A stretch of 64,000 bases of DNA. Source: an uncultured Gammaproteobacteria bacterium. GTDB taxonomy: Bacteria; Patescibacteriota; Patescibacteriia; UBA9934. The stretch is taken from contig CAYFMS010000002.1 of NCBI GenBank assembly GCA_964344415.1, forward strand, positions 256,593-320,592, written 5' to 3'. The notes beneath the pieces were generated by a model. It saw only the letters and a list, made by a program, of their open reading frames with translations. It had not been told where the DNA came from and made no database searches. A program made the position numbers and the translations under genes. Shown here piece by piece: positions 12,290-21,213 of the stretch; position 1 is the stretch's first letter, and the number at the start of each line of letters is the position of its first letter.

Positions 12290-12781
12290 ATGAAAAAAAC
12301 TCAAAAAGAGGGACCCTTCCATGCTGGCATGTGGTTCGACATGATCCGCACCAGTAAAGCAAATGATCTTCTTCAAGGAAGAATGGAGTCTATTCGACTC
12401 AAGGGGAAAGCACCCCCAAAATTGACGCCGGAGATTACAAAAAGAGATGAGGCATCCATTGATCGAGTCGTGAGATTCTTCGTAAATTCTGTACGCGAAG
12501 ATAGGCCGACTTCTGTACTTGAATGCCTCTGTTCAGATCTGAAACATCAGCTCTGTGATGCCTACGAGAATGAAAGCATCCCCGAGATCATTTCCGAAGC
12601 ATTACCACAGCTGTTCAGGTACATGCAACCATTCCACCCGGGTCAAATCATGCCACATGGCATTGGTGCGATCTGTCAGGTCTTCGTGTACGGTGACCAT
12701 GAGCCTTCCATCTACGTCCTATTCCTTATCAAAGAGAATGGGCTCTGGCATATCACAACGCTCAATCGGATCAAATCGTAG
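12290..12781 (+). CDS. Hypothetical protein
   Basis: Start chosen at the internal ATG (MKKTQKEG), which is preceded by GGAGGTGAGC. The track ORF begins at 12245. No recognisable motif. Confidence 0.45.
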   Translation: MKKTQKEGPFHAGMWFDMIRTSKANDLLQGRMESIRLKGKAPPKLTPEITKRDEASIDRVVRFFVNSVREDRPTSVLECLCSDLKHQLCDAYENESIPEIISEALPQLFRYMQPFHPGQIMPHGIGAICQVFVYGDHEPSIYVLFLIKENGLWHITTLNRIKS

Positions 12782-12796
12782 ACTTGATCCGTTTTT

Positions 12797-13870
12797 TTAT
12801 TTAACTGAATCGATGATGGCAGATCCAATAAGTTCATCGTCAATATAGAAAGCGATGAACTGCCCTGGTGCAATCGCTCTCTGATTTTCCGCAAATTCCG
12901 CAGAAATCGATTCGTCATTTAGCCTAAATGTACAATCCTGCAATGGCTGACGATATCGAATACGGGCTTTCACATTCTTCCCCTCGTACTTTTTCAGTAT
13001 TCCACCGATGGTCTCGGAAATATCAGACGCTCGAAGCGATGAAGAAAATAATGCAGGATCCTCATCACCAACTGCTACAACAATTTCATTTTTATATGGG
13101 CGGCGCTCAACGATAAAATACGGTGTACCTCCACCAATACCAAGTCCCGACCTCTGCCCAATCGTATAGTATGCATGCCCTTTATGCTGACCGATGACCT
13201 CGCCAGATGTTGTAATAATATTCCCGGGATTTTCTGGAATCTTTTCTTTGAGGAAATCAGACATTTGCACTTTCCCAATAAAACAAATCCCCTGGCTATC
13301 CTTTTTATCCGCTACATGCAAATCATGTTTTTCGGCGATTGATCGCACCTCTGACTTTTCCAGCTCACCAATTGGAAAGAGTGCCCGTGAAATTTGAGAT
13401 TGATTCAACTGACACAAAAAATAGCTTTGATCTTTATTTGCATCAATACCTGCAAGTAAATGCGACCCCTTATCATCACGTTTTACACGTGCATAATGCC
13501 CTGTCGCCACAAAATCACATCCGAGCTCATCAGCTTTTTCAAGCAAATATCCAAATTTCATGTATTTATTGCAAAGTACATCGGGATTCGGTGTTCTACC
13601 CGCTTTATATTCACGAATCATGTATTCATAAACATCAGCGCGATACTTGTCCTCGAAGTCGAATGTATGAAATTCTATACCGAGTTTCGCCGCTATGCGC
13701 ATAGCGTCACGTCGCTCTTTGCGCCATCCGCATTCCTCACCATCATTTCGGTCTGACCAGTTTTTCATGAACGCACCAATGACCTCGTAACCTTGTTCCA
13801 AAAGCAAAATAGCCGACACAGAAGAGTCGACACCTCCGGACATTCCAAGAAGTATTTTTTGCTTTTTCAT
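12797..13870 (-). CDS. mnmA: tRNA-specific 2-thiouridylase MnmA
   Basis: 357 aa. PP-loop SGGVDSSV and catalytic Cys residues in the MnmA arrangement (GHYAR...CFIG). Confidence 0.9.
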   Translation of the reverse strand: MKKQKILLGMSGGVDSSVSAILLLEQGYEVIGAFMKNWSDRNDGEECGWRKERRDAMRIAAKLGIEFHTFDFEDKYRADVYEYMIREYKAGRTPNPDVLCNKYMKFGYLLEKADELGCDFVATGHYARVKRDDKGSHLLAGIDANKDQSYFLCQLNQSQISRALFPIGELEKSEVRSIAEKHDLHVADKKDSQGICFIGKVQMSDFLKEKIPENPGNIITTSGEVIGQHKGHAYYTIGQRSGLGIGGGTPYFIVERRPYKNEIVVAVGDEDPALFSSSLRASDISETIGGILKKYEGKNVKARIRYRQPLQDCTFRLNDESISAEFAENQRAIAPGQFIAFYIDDELIGSAIIDSVK

Positions 13871-13943
13871 AGCGATGGAGTGTAGCAGATATTGACAATT
13901 TTGTCACGCATTGATAGTGTAATTCATCAACAGGAGGGATAAA

Positions 13944-14198
13944 ATGGACCTTCAATACTGGCGAGGAGCGCTAAAGCGAGCCTGGACAGTACGACGATGG
14001 ATTTTCATGCGAGAATCTACTCGACGTGAAGTCCTTGCCCAGCTCTTTGCGAGAGATGCTCATATTGATTGTATCGGCAACGGCAGCTCTGCGGAGCTTC
14101 GTGCTTATATCCTCGATGAGTCATTCGGTCGTGACCGCATGGTACGCGCTGCACAGTGGCGCGCAGGTGAAGCAATCGTGATCGATAATACGAAGTAA
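13944..14198 (+). CDS. Hypothetical small basic protein
   Basis: 84 aa ORF preceded by AGGAGGG. It is followed by a hairpin plus T-run. Confidence 0.4.
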   Translation: MDLQYWRGALKRAWTVRRWIFMRESTRREVLAQLFARDAHIDCIGNGSSAELRAYILDESFGRDRMVRAAQWRAGEAIVIDNTK

Positions 14199-14227
14199 AA
14201 AGCGGCACTCGGCCGCTTATTTTTATG
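14198..14227. terminator. Bidirectional rho-independent terminator-like hairpin
   Basis: aaaaagcggcactcggccgcttattttt: GCGGC/GCCGC stem flanked by A- and T-runs, lying between convergent genes. Confidence 0.5.
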
Positions 14228-15254
14228 CTCCAAATTTTCCTCTTCCGATATTTTTTGCTTTTTTTGCCGCCTTCTCATGACGATCACTCATTCGCTCTTT
14301 TGTTTTCGAGGCTATCTTTGAATCTGAACCCGCCACCGAAGTAAGACTACGTAAATACCCTTCAACAGATGCGATGAAACCAGCCTGCTCGTCAACTTGC
14401 GCCTGCATAGCTTGAATCTCTGCCTTTTTGCGTGAAATGTCAGTGTTAAACAGTCCACGGAAGAATCCAACAAACCCAGATGTTTGAATATTGACCTCGG
14501 CCTGCAGATCTTCTAACTCTTCTTGAAGAGATGCATATTCACTCTGCATTTTTCTATATCCCTTTCCAGTAATCCCATTCAGACTACCTCCGGCCGACTT
14601 TAATGCTGTATCGAGTTCCGCATCTGTCATCATCATTGACGGAGCCTGCATTCGAATCTCTTCCTGGTCTGCCGCTTCTTGGAGAGCTGCCATTCTTTCA
14701 TCTTCTACAGCAATTTGTTCAGCCTGTGCACGCTTCTCCTCTTGCAGCTTTTCACTCTTCTCAGCCGCGGCTGCTGATTTTTCATCTTCCTCGGCCTTCA
14801 TTTCGTCCTCCATTTGAGCCATAGCTTCGACAGATGTTGTCAGCGAATCATGCGCTTCTTCAAGCTGTTCACGCATATTTTCAAATTCGCCACCTTCGTC
14901 AGCATCTTCCAGCAAATCCTGATATACCTTATCGAGCTCCACTTTCAATGCATCATTAACTTCATACAAATTTTCAGCATTCGCTTTTGCCAGGTTAATA
15001 GCAAGTTCTTCCAGCTTTGCCGTATAGATAGCACCATCTTTCGGATCTTTATAATCATCTAAATTGAGATCTTTTACATCAAGATCACCCCGCTTCAGTG
15101 CAGACTCGACAGCTCCTGGTTCGGAAAACCAACCGATTCCCTCGATAGGTTCTTCTTTATGCTCCTCTGTTTTACCCTTAACACTCTCAGGTTGTCGCGG
15201 GCGACCAGTTTCAACCGGCATCACCCCCTTAATTGGCTTCATCTGTTTAACCAT
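14223..15254 (-). CDS. Hypothetical acidic coiled-coil protein
   Basis: 343 aa. Long Glu/Ala/Gln/Lys-rich heptad-like stretches and a basic C-terminus. No catalytic motif. Confidence 0.55.
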   Translation of the reverse strand: MVKQMKPIKGVMPVETGRPRQPESVKGKTEEHKEEPIEGIGWFSEPGAVESALKRGDLDVKDLNLDDYKDPKDGAIYTAKLEELAINLAKANAENLYEVNDALKVELDKVYQDLLEDADEGGEFENMREQLEEAHDSLTTSVEAMAQMEDEMKAEEDEKSAAAAEKSEKLQEEKRAQAEQIAVEDERMAALQEAADQEEIRMQAPSMMMTDAELDTALKSAGGSLNGITGKGYRKMQSEYASLQEELEDLQAEVNIQTSGFVGFFRGLFNTDISRKKAEIQAMQAQVDEQAGFIASVEGYLRSLTSVAGSDSKIASKTKERMSDRHEKAAKKAKNIGRGKFGA

Positions 15255-15360
15255 ACGTATTATTACTTCTTACGCATATATTATATGGGCCATTCGCTTA
15301 ATATGGCAAGTGTATATACTAATAAATATGGACCTGCATCTTTGATACAGGTCCGTAAGG

Positions 15361-15597
15361 TCATTCGGCGATAATTGTCAGGTCACCGAAGGGCGTACTC
15401 TGACAAACTGCTTCGTACGTAACCGCACAGCCGTTCTCATCGTCGAGGCAACGGAAGCTGAAGTAGCCTCCAGCCGCTTCGCACCACTCCCGTTCTCTGG
15501 CCTCGATCTCATCACACCGCTCACATGGACATCCGTCCATGGGTACGGTGACCGTACCCGTGAGCAGCAGGGTGATTGCCATCTGTTGCAACGTCAT
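15361..15597 (-). CDS. Small secreted Cys-rich protein encoded in a GC-rich island
   Basis: Start set at MTLQQMAITLLLTG, which is preceded by AAGGAGG. About 78 aa. Hydrophobic N-terminus, then 8 Cys (DGCPCERC...WCE...RCLDDENGC...AVC). The local GC content is conspicuously higher than in flanking genes. Confidence 0.5.
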   Translation of the reverse strand: MTLQQMAITLLLTGTVTVPMDGCPCERCDEIEAREREWCEAAGGYFSFRCLDDENGCAVTYEAVCQSTPFGDLTIIAE

Positions 15598-15731
15598 GCA
15601 CACCTCCTTGTTTATGTGCGCAAAACATTTACCAAATATTTCACGATCTGTCAAGAATTCAGACTTTCACCGCTCGGGAGGATCTCTGTCCAAAATATGA
15701 AAAACAGCCACTAAAAGGTGACTGTTTTTCA

Positions 15732-15752
15732 TGGTTCCCGGACAGGGATTCG
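15732..15752 (-). repeat. 21-nt copy of the tRNA-Gln 3' end (CGAATCCCTGTCCGGGAACCA on the minus strand). A tRNA-like terminus without the rest of the tRNA.
   Basis: An identical string occurs in the full tRNA at 15946..15966. The T-stem 5' half is absent (GAGGGCGAATCCCTG gives only a 5-nt loop). A bidirectional terminator hairpin (aaaaacagccactaaaaggtgactgttttt) abuts it. Confidence 0.6.
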
Positions 15753-15945
15753 CCCTCACCTCTCGGCTCTGCAGAGCCTCGGGATTCCCCGGCGGAGCCG
15801 GGTCAGGCTTCGCCTGAGGGTCCGGGCCTCGCCATGTTGTCTGCTGACAACATATGGCTCCGGCCGTTCGAATCGTCGCAAACCAAACTGTTGGTTTGCT
15901 CAACTGGTCACCATCAAAAAACCGCACTTGCGTGCGATTCTTTGA

Positions 15946-16019
15946 TGGTTCCCGGACAGGGATTCGAACCCCGATTTCTTGGACCAAAACCAAGCGTCCT
16001 GCCATTAGACGATCCGGGA
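15946..16019 (-). tRNA. tRNA-Gln (anticodon UUG)
   Basis: The minus-strand sequence TCCCGGATCGTCTAATGGCAGGACGCTTGGTTTTGGTCCAAGAAATCGGGGTTCGAATCCCTGTCCGGGAACCA folds as a cloverleaf. It has a 7-bp acceptor stem (U1-A72 as in bacterial tRNA-Gln), anticodon stem CTTGG/CCAAG with loop TTTTGGT, T-loop TTCGAAT and an encoded CCA. A terminator hairpin (CGCACgcaaGTGCG plus T6) follows. Confidence 0.8.
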
Positions 16020-16185
16020 GTGGAACACAATTGGATCGGTAAATTGTGCGGGGAGTGTACAAAAAATATGACTGTTAGTCAATGAGAAGTAAGGTGAGGA
16101 AGGTTAGTCAGGTTGGAGGAGGAGATAAAAGAGATTGAGTAGATTTACCAGCGTATAGGTTTTAGCTGGTAGCTTGTAGGTACAG

Positions 16186-16396
16186 AAAGATCCTTCGACA
16201 AGCTCAGGATTTCAAATGCGATCGTGCAGGATGCTGGATGCACAAACGAGATAAAGGAGATTGGAGAGATTCTGGTCGCGAAGTGAGCTTGATGCTATTG
16301 CTTTGACATGCGAGCACCAGAGTAAGACGTACTGAAAGGTACGTTGTCGAGGAGCGGAGCATGGAAATGCAAGAGCGCAAGCTCACAAGCGACGCT
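16186..16396. repeat. Dispersed intergenic repeat, family 2, ending at the dnaX stop codon
   Basis: See the copy at 5214..5424. Both share the 27-nt gatccttcgacaagctcaggatttcaa tract and the ctcacaagcgac tract adjacent to the stop codon. Confidence 0.6.
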
Positions 16397-17984
16397 AATC
16401 GACGATTTTTCCTCCAAATGCGCTCGCAATACTTTTTGCCGAAGCATCCGCATCATTTTCAATTAATATTGGCTTTACTTTAATATCAGATCGCATAATC
16501 TCATTAATCCCCTCAGCCAGCATATCCAAATTCTTCATCTGTGACATCGTGTCGAAATGAAATGAATGCTCAAAACCGACCATCACGATGCCATCCACAA
16601 TCGACTGAGGCTTCGCACTATGCAAAACAAGAGGCAAAGAAATGCTTCTCTTCCCTACCGCTTCGACACATCGCCCCCACTTTGACTGTAAATCAGCAAT
16701 ATCAATGGGTAAAACTTCTGAATCAGATTTCTCATCTTCCGTTTCAGCCTTCTCTTCGGAAACAGATTCATTCGAGTCCTTGACCTCATCCACACTCTCC
16801 TCTTCCATCACTTCAGGCTTGCGATCCGAATCCACTTCTTTATTCACAGTCTCTGGCGCTGAATATTCTTCTGTTTTCACCGATGCAGTCTCATGAGCTT
16901 GCGTCGATTCACACAGCCCCAGAAAAGCTAATTCAAGAGCTAATTGAGGAATGGAATCATGCCGAGGCTTCATCTTCGCATCGAGAAGTGCATCGAGAAG
17001 TGCATGCAATCGGTCGGAGCCAGCTTGAGCAATCTCATTAAGCCCCTCGGCCGTTTCACTGTCGAGCAAATCATTCTTCGGACCACCGAGAGCAAGAAAG
17101 AGGGCATCACGTGTTAAATCGATAAGGAGATTATGCAAATGTTTTACGGCAGCCCCCTGCTGAACATATTGTTCAAGCTCAGAAATAACCAGCTTCGTGT
17201 TACATGAAATCCCAGATTTCAGAATTTGCATAGCCGCATTCAAATCCGTCATCGGCAGAACTAAATCAGCGATATAAGACGTGATTTTTTTCTCCCCGAG
17301 CGCAAGTAATTGTCCTAGAAGACTCTCTGCATCTCGCAAGCACCCTTCCGAAACGCGAATGATCGTATTCAAAACATCGCCATCAGCCTCAACTTTTTCC
17401 TGTTCGAGTATGTATTTCAATCGAGATCGGATCTGTTCCGCATCAAGACGCTTAAAATCGAAACGCATGCAACGAGAAATAATCGTTTCAGGAATTTTAT
17501 GCAGTTCCGTTGTCGCTAAAATGAAAATAACATGAGCAGGTGGCTCTTCAATCGTCTTGAGAAGCGCATTGAATGCCGATGTTGAAAGCATATGAACCTC
17601 GTCAATGATATACACTTTGAACTTTCCTGTTGTCGGCATGAAACGAACAGCATCGATAATATTCTCACGCACATTATCAACGCCTGTATGACTCGCCGCA
17701 TCTATTTCAATGATGTCGATAGCGCGCCCAACATTTGCTTCCGTACAATTTTGACAATCATTACAAGGTTCGGAATCATCTGTCTTTCTATTTAAGCAAT
17801 TTAATGACTTCCCTATAAGCCTCGCAATTGTCGTTTTTCCGATCCCACGCGAACCTGAAAAAAGATAAGCATGGCCTATTTCACCTGTTTTTATTTGATT
17901 CTGAACGGTTCGCGAAACATGGTTCTGCCCTGTAATGCTTGCGAATGTCATCGGTCGATACTTTCTGTAAATTGCCTGTGCCAT
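16395..17984 (-). CDS. dnaX: DNA polymerase III subunit gamma/tau
   Basis: 529 aa. AAA+ clamp-loader motifs (GHAYLFSGSRGIGKTTIARL, Zn-module CNDCQNC, DEVHML, SRC motif ISRCMRF) and an acidic C-terminal extension. Confidence 0.9.
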   Translation of the reverse strand: MAQAIYRKYRPMTFASITGQNHVSRTVQNQIKTGEIGHAYLFSGSRGIGKTTIARLIGKSLNCLNRKTDDSEPCNDCQNCTEANVGRAIDIIEIDAASHTGVDNVRENIIDAVRFMPTTGKFKVYIIDEVHMLSTSAFNALLKTIEEPPAHVIFILATTELHKIPETIISRCMRFDFKRLDAEQIRSRLKYILEQEKVEADGDVLNTIIRVSEGCLRDAESLLGQLLALGEKKITSYIADLVLPMTDLNAAMQILKSGISCNTKLVISELEQYVQQGAAVKHLHNLLIDLTRDALFLALGGPKNDLLDSETAEGLNEIAQAGSDRLHALLDALLDAKMKPRHDSIPQLALELAFLGLCESTQAHETASVKTEEYSAPETVNKEVDSDRKPEVMEEESVDEVKDSNESVSEEKAETEDEKSDSEVLPIDIADLQSKWGRCVEAVGKRSISLPLVLHSAKPQSIVDGIVMVGFEHSFHFDTMSQMKNLDMLAEGINEIMRSDIKVKPILIENDADASAKSIASAFGGKIVD

Positions 17985-18060
17985 AGTGACGCTAGTTTAC
18001 CATACTCTAAGCAGGACCAAGTCATTGATTCTTCTGCACAAATATGATGATTGCTTCCAC

Positions 18061-18104
18061 AGGAACAAGGATTTTTTTGTACGAAAAAGCCACCCGATCT
18101 TTCG
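18061..18104 (-). terminator. Rho-independent terminator downstream of the GC-rich lipoprotein gene
   Basis: On the minus strand, GCCACCCtttcgaaagatcGGGTGGC is followed by TTTTT. Confidence 0.5.
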
Positions 18105-18143
18105 AAAGGGTGGCCGTTGGCTGAAGGTTGAGACTGATCTCGA

Positions 18144-18578
18144 CTAGAAGCCGAGCAGGTCGCCGTTCTCGCAGTCACCTGCGAGGCCGTCCGCCGTGGG
18201 GTAGATGTACACCCAGGCGTCACGCGTTCCGCAGTGCTCGTCGTTCGTGTCACCGCGGCCCGTGGGGTCGCAAATGACATTCGAACAGCCCATCGCGTAG
18301 ATCTCGGCATTGCCGTACGCGGGGGTCCAGGACTGATCGCAGCGGACTTCGATCATCTCGTCCGGCGTACCCTTGACGAACAAGGGAGCATCGCCCGGGA
18401 AGACGAACTGGTCAGAAATGATGCGATCGTTGTCGCCGGTCACCACACAGTTGCCCATGTGGATCTCGACGGAAGCGAAGGCCTCGTCCGCCGGAAGCTG
18501 ACTGCTGGGCAGCATATCGGCAGGGGCGACATCGCAGGCGGTCAGGACGAAGAGAACGGTAGTGAAGGTGCGGGTCAT
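18144..18578 (-). CDS. Small Cys-containing lipoprotein in a GC-rich island. Paralogous N-terminus to the gene at 51164..51499.
   Basis: Start set at MTRTFTTVLFVLTAC (lipobox LTAC), preceded by GGAG. About 144 aa with 7 Cys. Local GC is far above background. The first residues (MTRTF) are shared with the 51164 gene. Confidence 0.55.
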   Translation of the reverse strand: MTRTFTTVLFVLTACDVAPADMLPSSQLPADEAFASVEIHMGNCVVTGDNDRIISDQFVFPGDAPLFVKGTPDEMIEVRCDQSWTPAYGNAEIYAMGCSNVICDPTGRGDTNDEHCGTRDAWVYIYPTADGLAGDCENGDLLGF

Positions 18579-18728
18579 TGGAATCTCCAAAGGATTCATG
18601 GTTGTACAAATATGAGGCGAACCTCATGAACTAACAGGAACCACTGTACCATTTTTTTAGCCTATTGTCAAGGATTTTTAGTGTTTTTATCGCTAATATT
18701 AGCCAATTTAGGCATTCAAAATAAGTCA

Positions 18729-21212
18729 TCATCTCCCTATCGGTGCGGGTGGTGGGACGGTCTTTCTACGCTGGCCTATGCCAGCACGCTCTGCTATTTC
18801 AGATTCAACATTAGCTTTTGGCCGACCATAGCCCAAACGTGAAATATCTTTAAGTGTATGCATTAATTCTGCATTTGGATCTTCTGGAGCATTCGTTTTG
18901 AGCGTAAATGGCTTTAATTGTGCATTATTCGCAATAATTTTTGCATTCCAAGTATATTTATCGGTATTCATCAAATCATATGATGTAAAGATTGGGTCAA
19001 ATACCTTTCCGAGCACCTCAACATCTTCAGGACCAACTCGGGAAACAAGCATTGTTCCCACATTTCCAAGAACAGCGTCACGAATCTCCGTCTTCCCGTC
19101 CTGCACGAGCTGCCCCATATATTGATGCGCGAGTACCAAATTAAGGCGATATTTCCTCGCCTCGGACAGAATGGTCGCAATAGAAGGAGTAATAAAGTTC
19201 TGGAACTCATCAATGTAAAGGTAAAAATCACGGCGCTGATCTTCTGGCAAATCTGTTCGCGTAAATGCTGCCATTTGCAATTTTGCAACCAGAATCAATC
19301 CAAGAAGATTCGCATTGACCTCTCCCGTCGCGCCCTTTGAAAGATTCACGAGTAATATTTTGCCTTCGTCCATGATTTCACGAAAATCAAAAGCTGACTT
19401 TGATTGACCAATAATATTACGCATCATTTCATTCTCGACAAATCTACCGACCTTGGACACCAAATACCCCATCATTTCAGATTTGTGATAATCACTCGTT
19501 TTCGCCATTTCATCTTCCCAGAATGACCTCACAACTGGATCGGTTACTTTCGCCACCCATTCCTTCTGGAATTTCTCATCTGAAATCATGCGTGGAATTT
19601 CTGCAAGCGTACCCGGATTATCGAGATCCGCCATCAATGTGAGCATAAAATTACGCATATTGTGCTCAAACATTGGACCAATCATTTCCGGCGGGAAAAG
19701 CATATAGAAAATAGAAATCATTTCCTGCACGGCAAAATCGCGCATATTCTCATTCGGCGCTTCGAGCATATTAAGCCCCATTGGCCTTTCCATATCAGAT
19801 GGATTGAAATACACGACATCATCAATGCGTTCGCGCGGAATAGAACCCATAATGGCATCGACAAGATCTCCATGTGGATCAATCACTGCAACACCTTTGC
19901 CAGCCTTGATGTCCTGAAGGGCCATATATCGCAAAAAATACGATTTTCCAGATCCTGTTTTTCCAACAAGATACATATGCCGACGGCGATCTGCATCATC
20001 GAGGAATACTTCTGTTCTATCACCTCGATAGAGATTATAACCAAGATGAAGCCCATCCTGAGGAACTCCAGCTGGCACTGGTGCCGTCCGCGCTTGCAGC
20101 CAACGAATTCCCGGTGTTTCTGTTGTTGGGAGAGGTAAATGCCAAAGCGAGGCCATTTCTTCCGTATTCAAAATGACTTTCTGTGATTCATCGAATTGAC
20201 GATAAATATAGTCCCGCAAAAGCCGTTTTTTGCTTGAAGGAACTTTTACTTCAAATGCATTCCCAATTTCATAAATATTAAATTGACTGAATGCTTGCAG
20301 GACACGATTCATGTCTGCCTCAGCCGACGGAGCTGATTTGCTTGAAGCAATAATGCGAATATTCACATCCATGCCCGCCTTACTGACCTTTTCTGAAATA
20401 CCTTCCGCCATTTGCTCATCTGACTTGGTCGGTTGGCGACGCTCCATCTGTTCACGCTTTTGGTCTCGAGTTTCCTTTGACTGCAATGCAGAACTCCAAG
20501 ATTCACCTCCAGAACGAATCGCCTGATCATAATTCAAACCTTTACGTAAATTATCGGCAATACTTCTTGCGCGTGATCGCCAATCTTTCTTTGCACTGCG
20601 TACAATAAATTGCACGGCAAGCCCTTCATCATCCGACACTTTTGAAAGAGCATTCGTTAAACCACTGAGCGGATCACCTTCAATTGTCTTAAATGTGCGA
20701 ATAGGAAGTGTATGATGCCGTTTTAATTTCAAATACCCACCGACAATAACCCCCTGTGCATGGAAAATATTGTGATCCTGAACCAATTCAATATGAGCAT
20801 CAGGATACTGTGCATGTAATTGCTGCTCAACAAATTCCTGCATGTAAATAGGCGTCGTCACATAGAATGTGATTAATTTTTCATGAGCTACGATCTCAAG
20901 AGCGATTTGATCTGTTCGACCATAAAACCACGCCGAAAGACCTCGCTGCGCCTTCATTCCGCCAATGGCAGCATAAAATGTTTCTGCAATAGCTATTTTT
21001 TCATCAACTTGCTGCTGGCTGCTCGTTCCTCTATCTTCATCACTTTTATATTTCGGAACGGTGATCATGAATGTTTTCAGATAACTCGCACCCCCTTGAA
21101 CAAATTGTCGTCGACGTACAAATGAACGCAATAGCATCAGTACAAAAAATGCCAGGATAATCGCCCCCAGTACAATTCCGATCACAACAAATAACCGTAT
21201 AATTTCCTCCAT
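18729..21212 (-). CDS. Membrane-anchored P-loop ATPase of the FtsK/HerA/VirB4/VirD4 superfamily (type IV secretion / conjugative-transfer-like). In this copy the ATPase is fused to an N-terminal membrane plus soluble domain.
   Basis: 827 aa with an N-terminal TM helix. Residues 40-330 are homologous to the separate 527-aa protein at 55910..57493 (FYVTTPIYMQEFVEQQLHAQYPDAHI aligns with FYIRTQAKTRDLVEAALYAQYPEAQV). The C-terminal half carries Walker A YLVGKTGSGKSY, DPHGD, Walker B DFYLYIDEFQNF and SEARKYRLNLVLAHQYMGQL (Arg-finger / sensor region). This half is about 55-60% identical to the 687-aa protein at 53842..55905. Confidence 0.65.
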   Translation of the reverse strand: MEEIIRLFVVIGIVLGAIILAFFVLMLLRSFVRRRQFVQGGASYLKTFMITVPKYKSDEDRGTSSQQQVDEKIAIAETFYAAIGGMKAQRGLSAWFYGRTDQIALEIVAHEKLITFYVTTPIYMQEFVEQQLHAQYPDAHIELVQDHNIFHAQGVIVGGYLKLKRHHTLPIRTFKTIEGDPLSGLTNALSKVSDDEGLAVQFIVRSAKKDWRSRARSIADNLRKGLNYDQAIRSGGESWSSALQSKETRDQKREQMERRQPTKSDEQMAEGISEKVSKAGMDVNIRIIASSKSAPSAEADMNRVLQAFSQFNIYEIGNAFEVKVPSSKKRLLRDYIYRQFDESQKVILNTEEMASLWHLPLPTTETPGIRWLQARTAPVPAGVPQDGLHLGYNLYRGDRTEVFLDDADRRRHMYLVGKTGSGKSYFLRYMALQDIKAGKGVAVIDPHGDLVDAIMGSIPRERIDDVVYFNPSDMERPMGLNMLEAPNENMRDFAVQEMISIFYMLFPPEMIGPMFEHNMRNFMLTLMADLDNPGTLAEIPRMISDEKFQKEWVAKVTDPVVRSFWEDEMAKTSDYHKSEMMGYLVSKVGRFVENEMMRNIIGQSKSAFDFREIMDEGKILLVNLSKGATGEVNANLLGLILVAKLQMAAFTRTDLPEDQRRDFYLYIDEFQNFITPSIATILSEARKYRLNLVLAHQYMGQLVQDGKTEIRDAVLGNVGTMLVSRVGPEDVEVLGKVFDPIFTSYDLMNTDKYTWNAKIIANNAQLKPFTLKTNAPEDPNAELMHTLKDISRLGYGRPKANVESEIAERAGIGQRRKTVPPPAPIGR

Positions 21213-21213
21213 A

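Noticed and set aside
15753-15945. Possibility that the tRNA-Gln-adjacent structured region plus partial 3' copy is a tmRNA or a second complete tRNA
   Set aside because: No T-stem 5' half or anticodon arm could be built. The GATTCGAACGG tract vaguely resembles the tmRNA 5' motif, but no paired acceptor stem or tag-peptide reading frame could be identified by eye. This is left as a hypothesis in the findings.
15576-16085. Several overlapping ORFs (169, 131, 75 and 62 aa) across the tRNA-Gln region
   Set aside because: They overlap a well-formed tRNA and its GC-rich structured spacer. High GC inflates ORF length, and there are no RBS signals.
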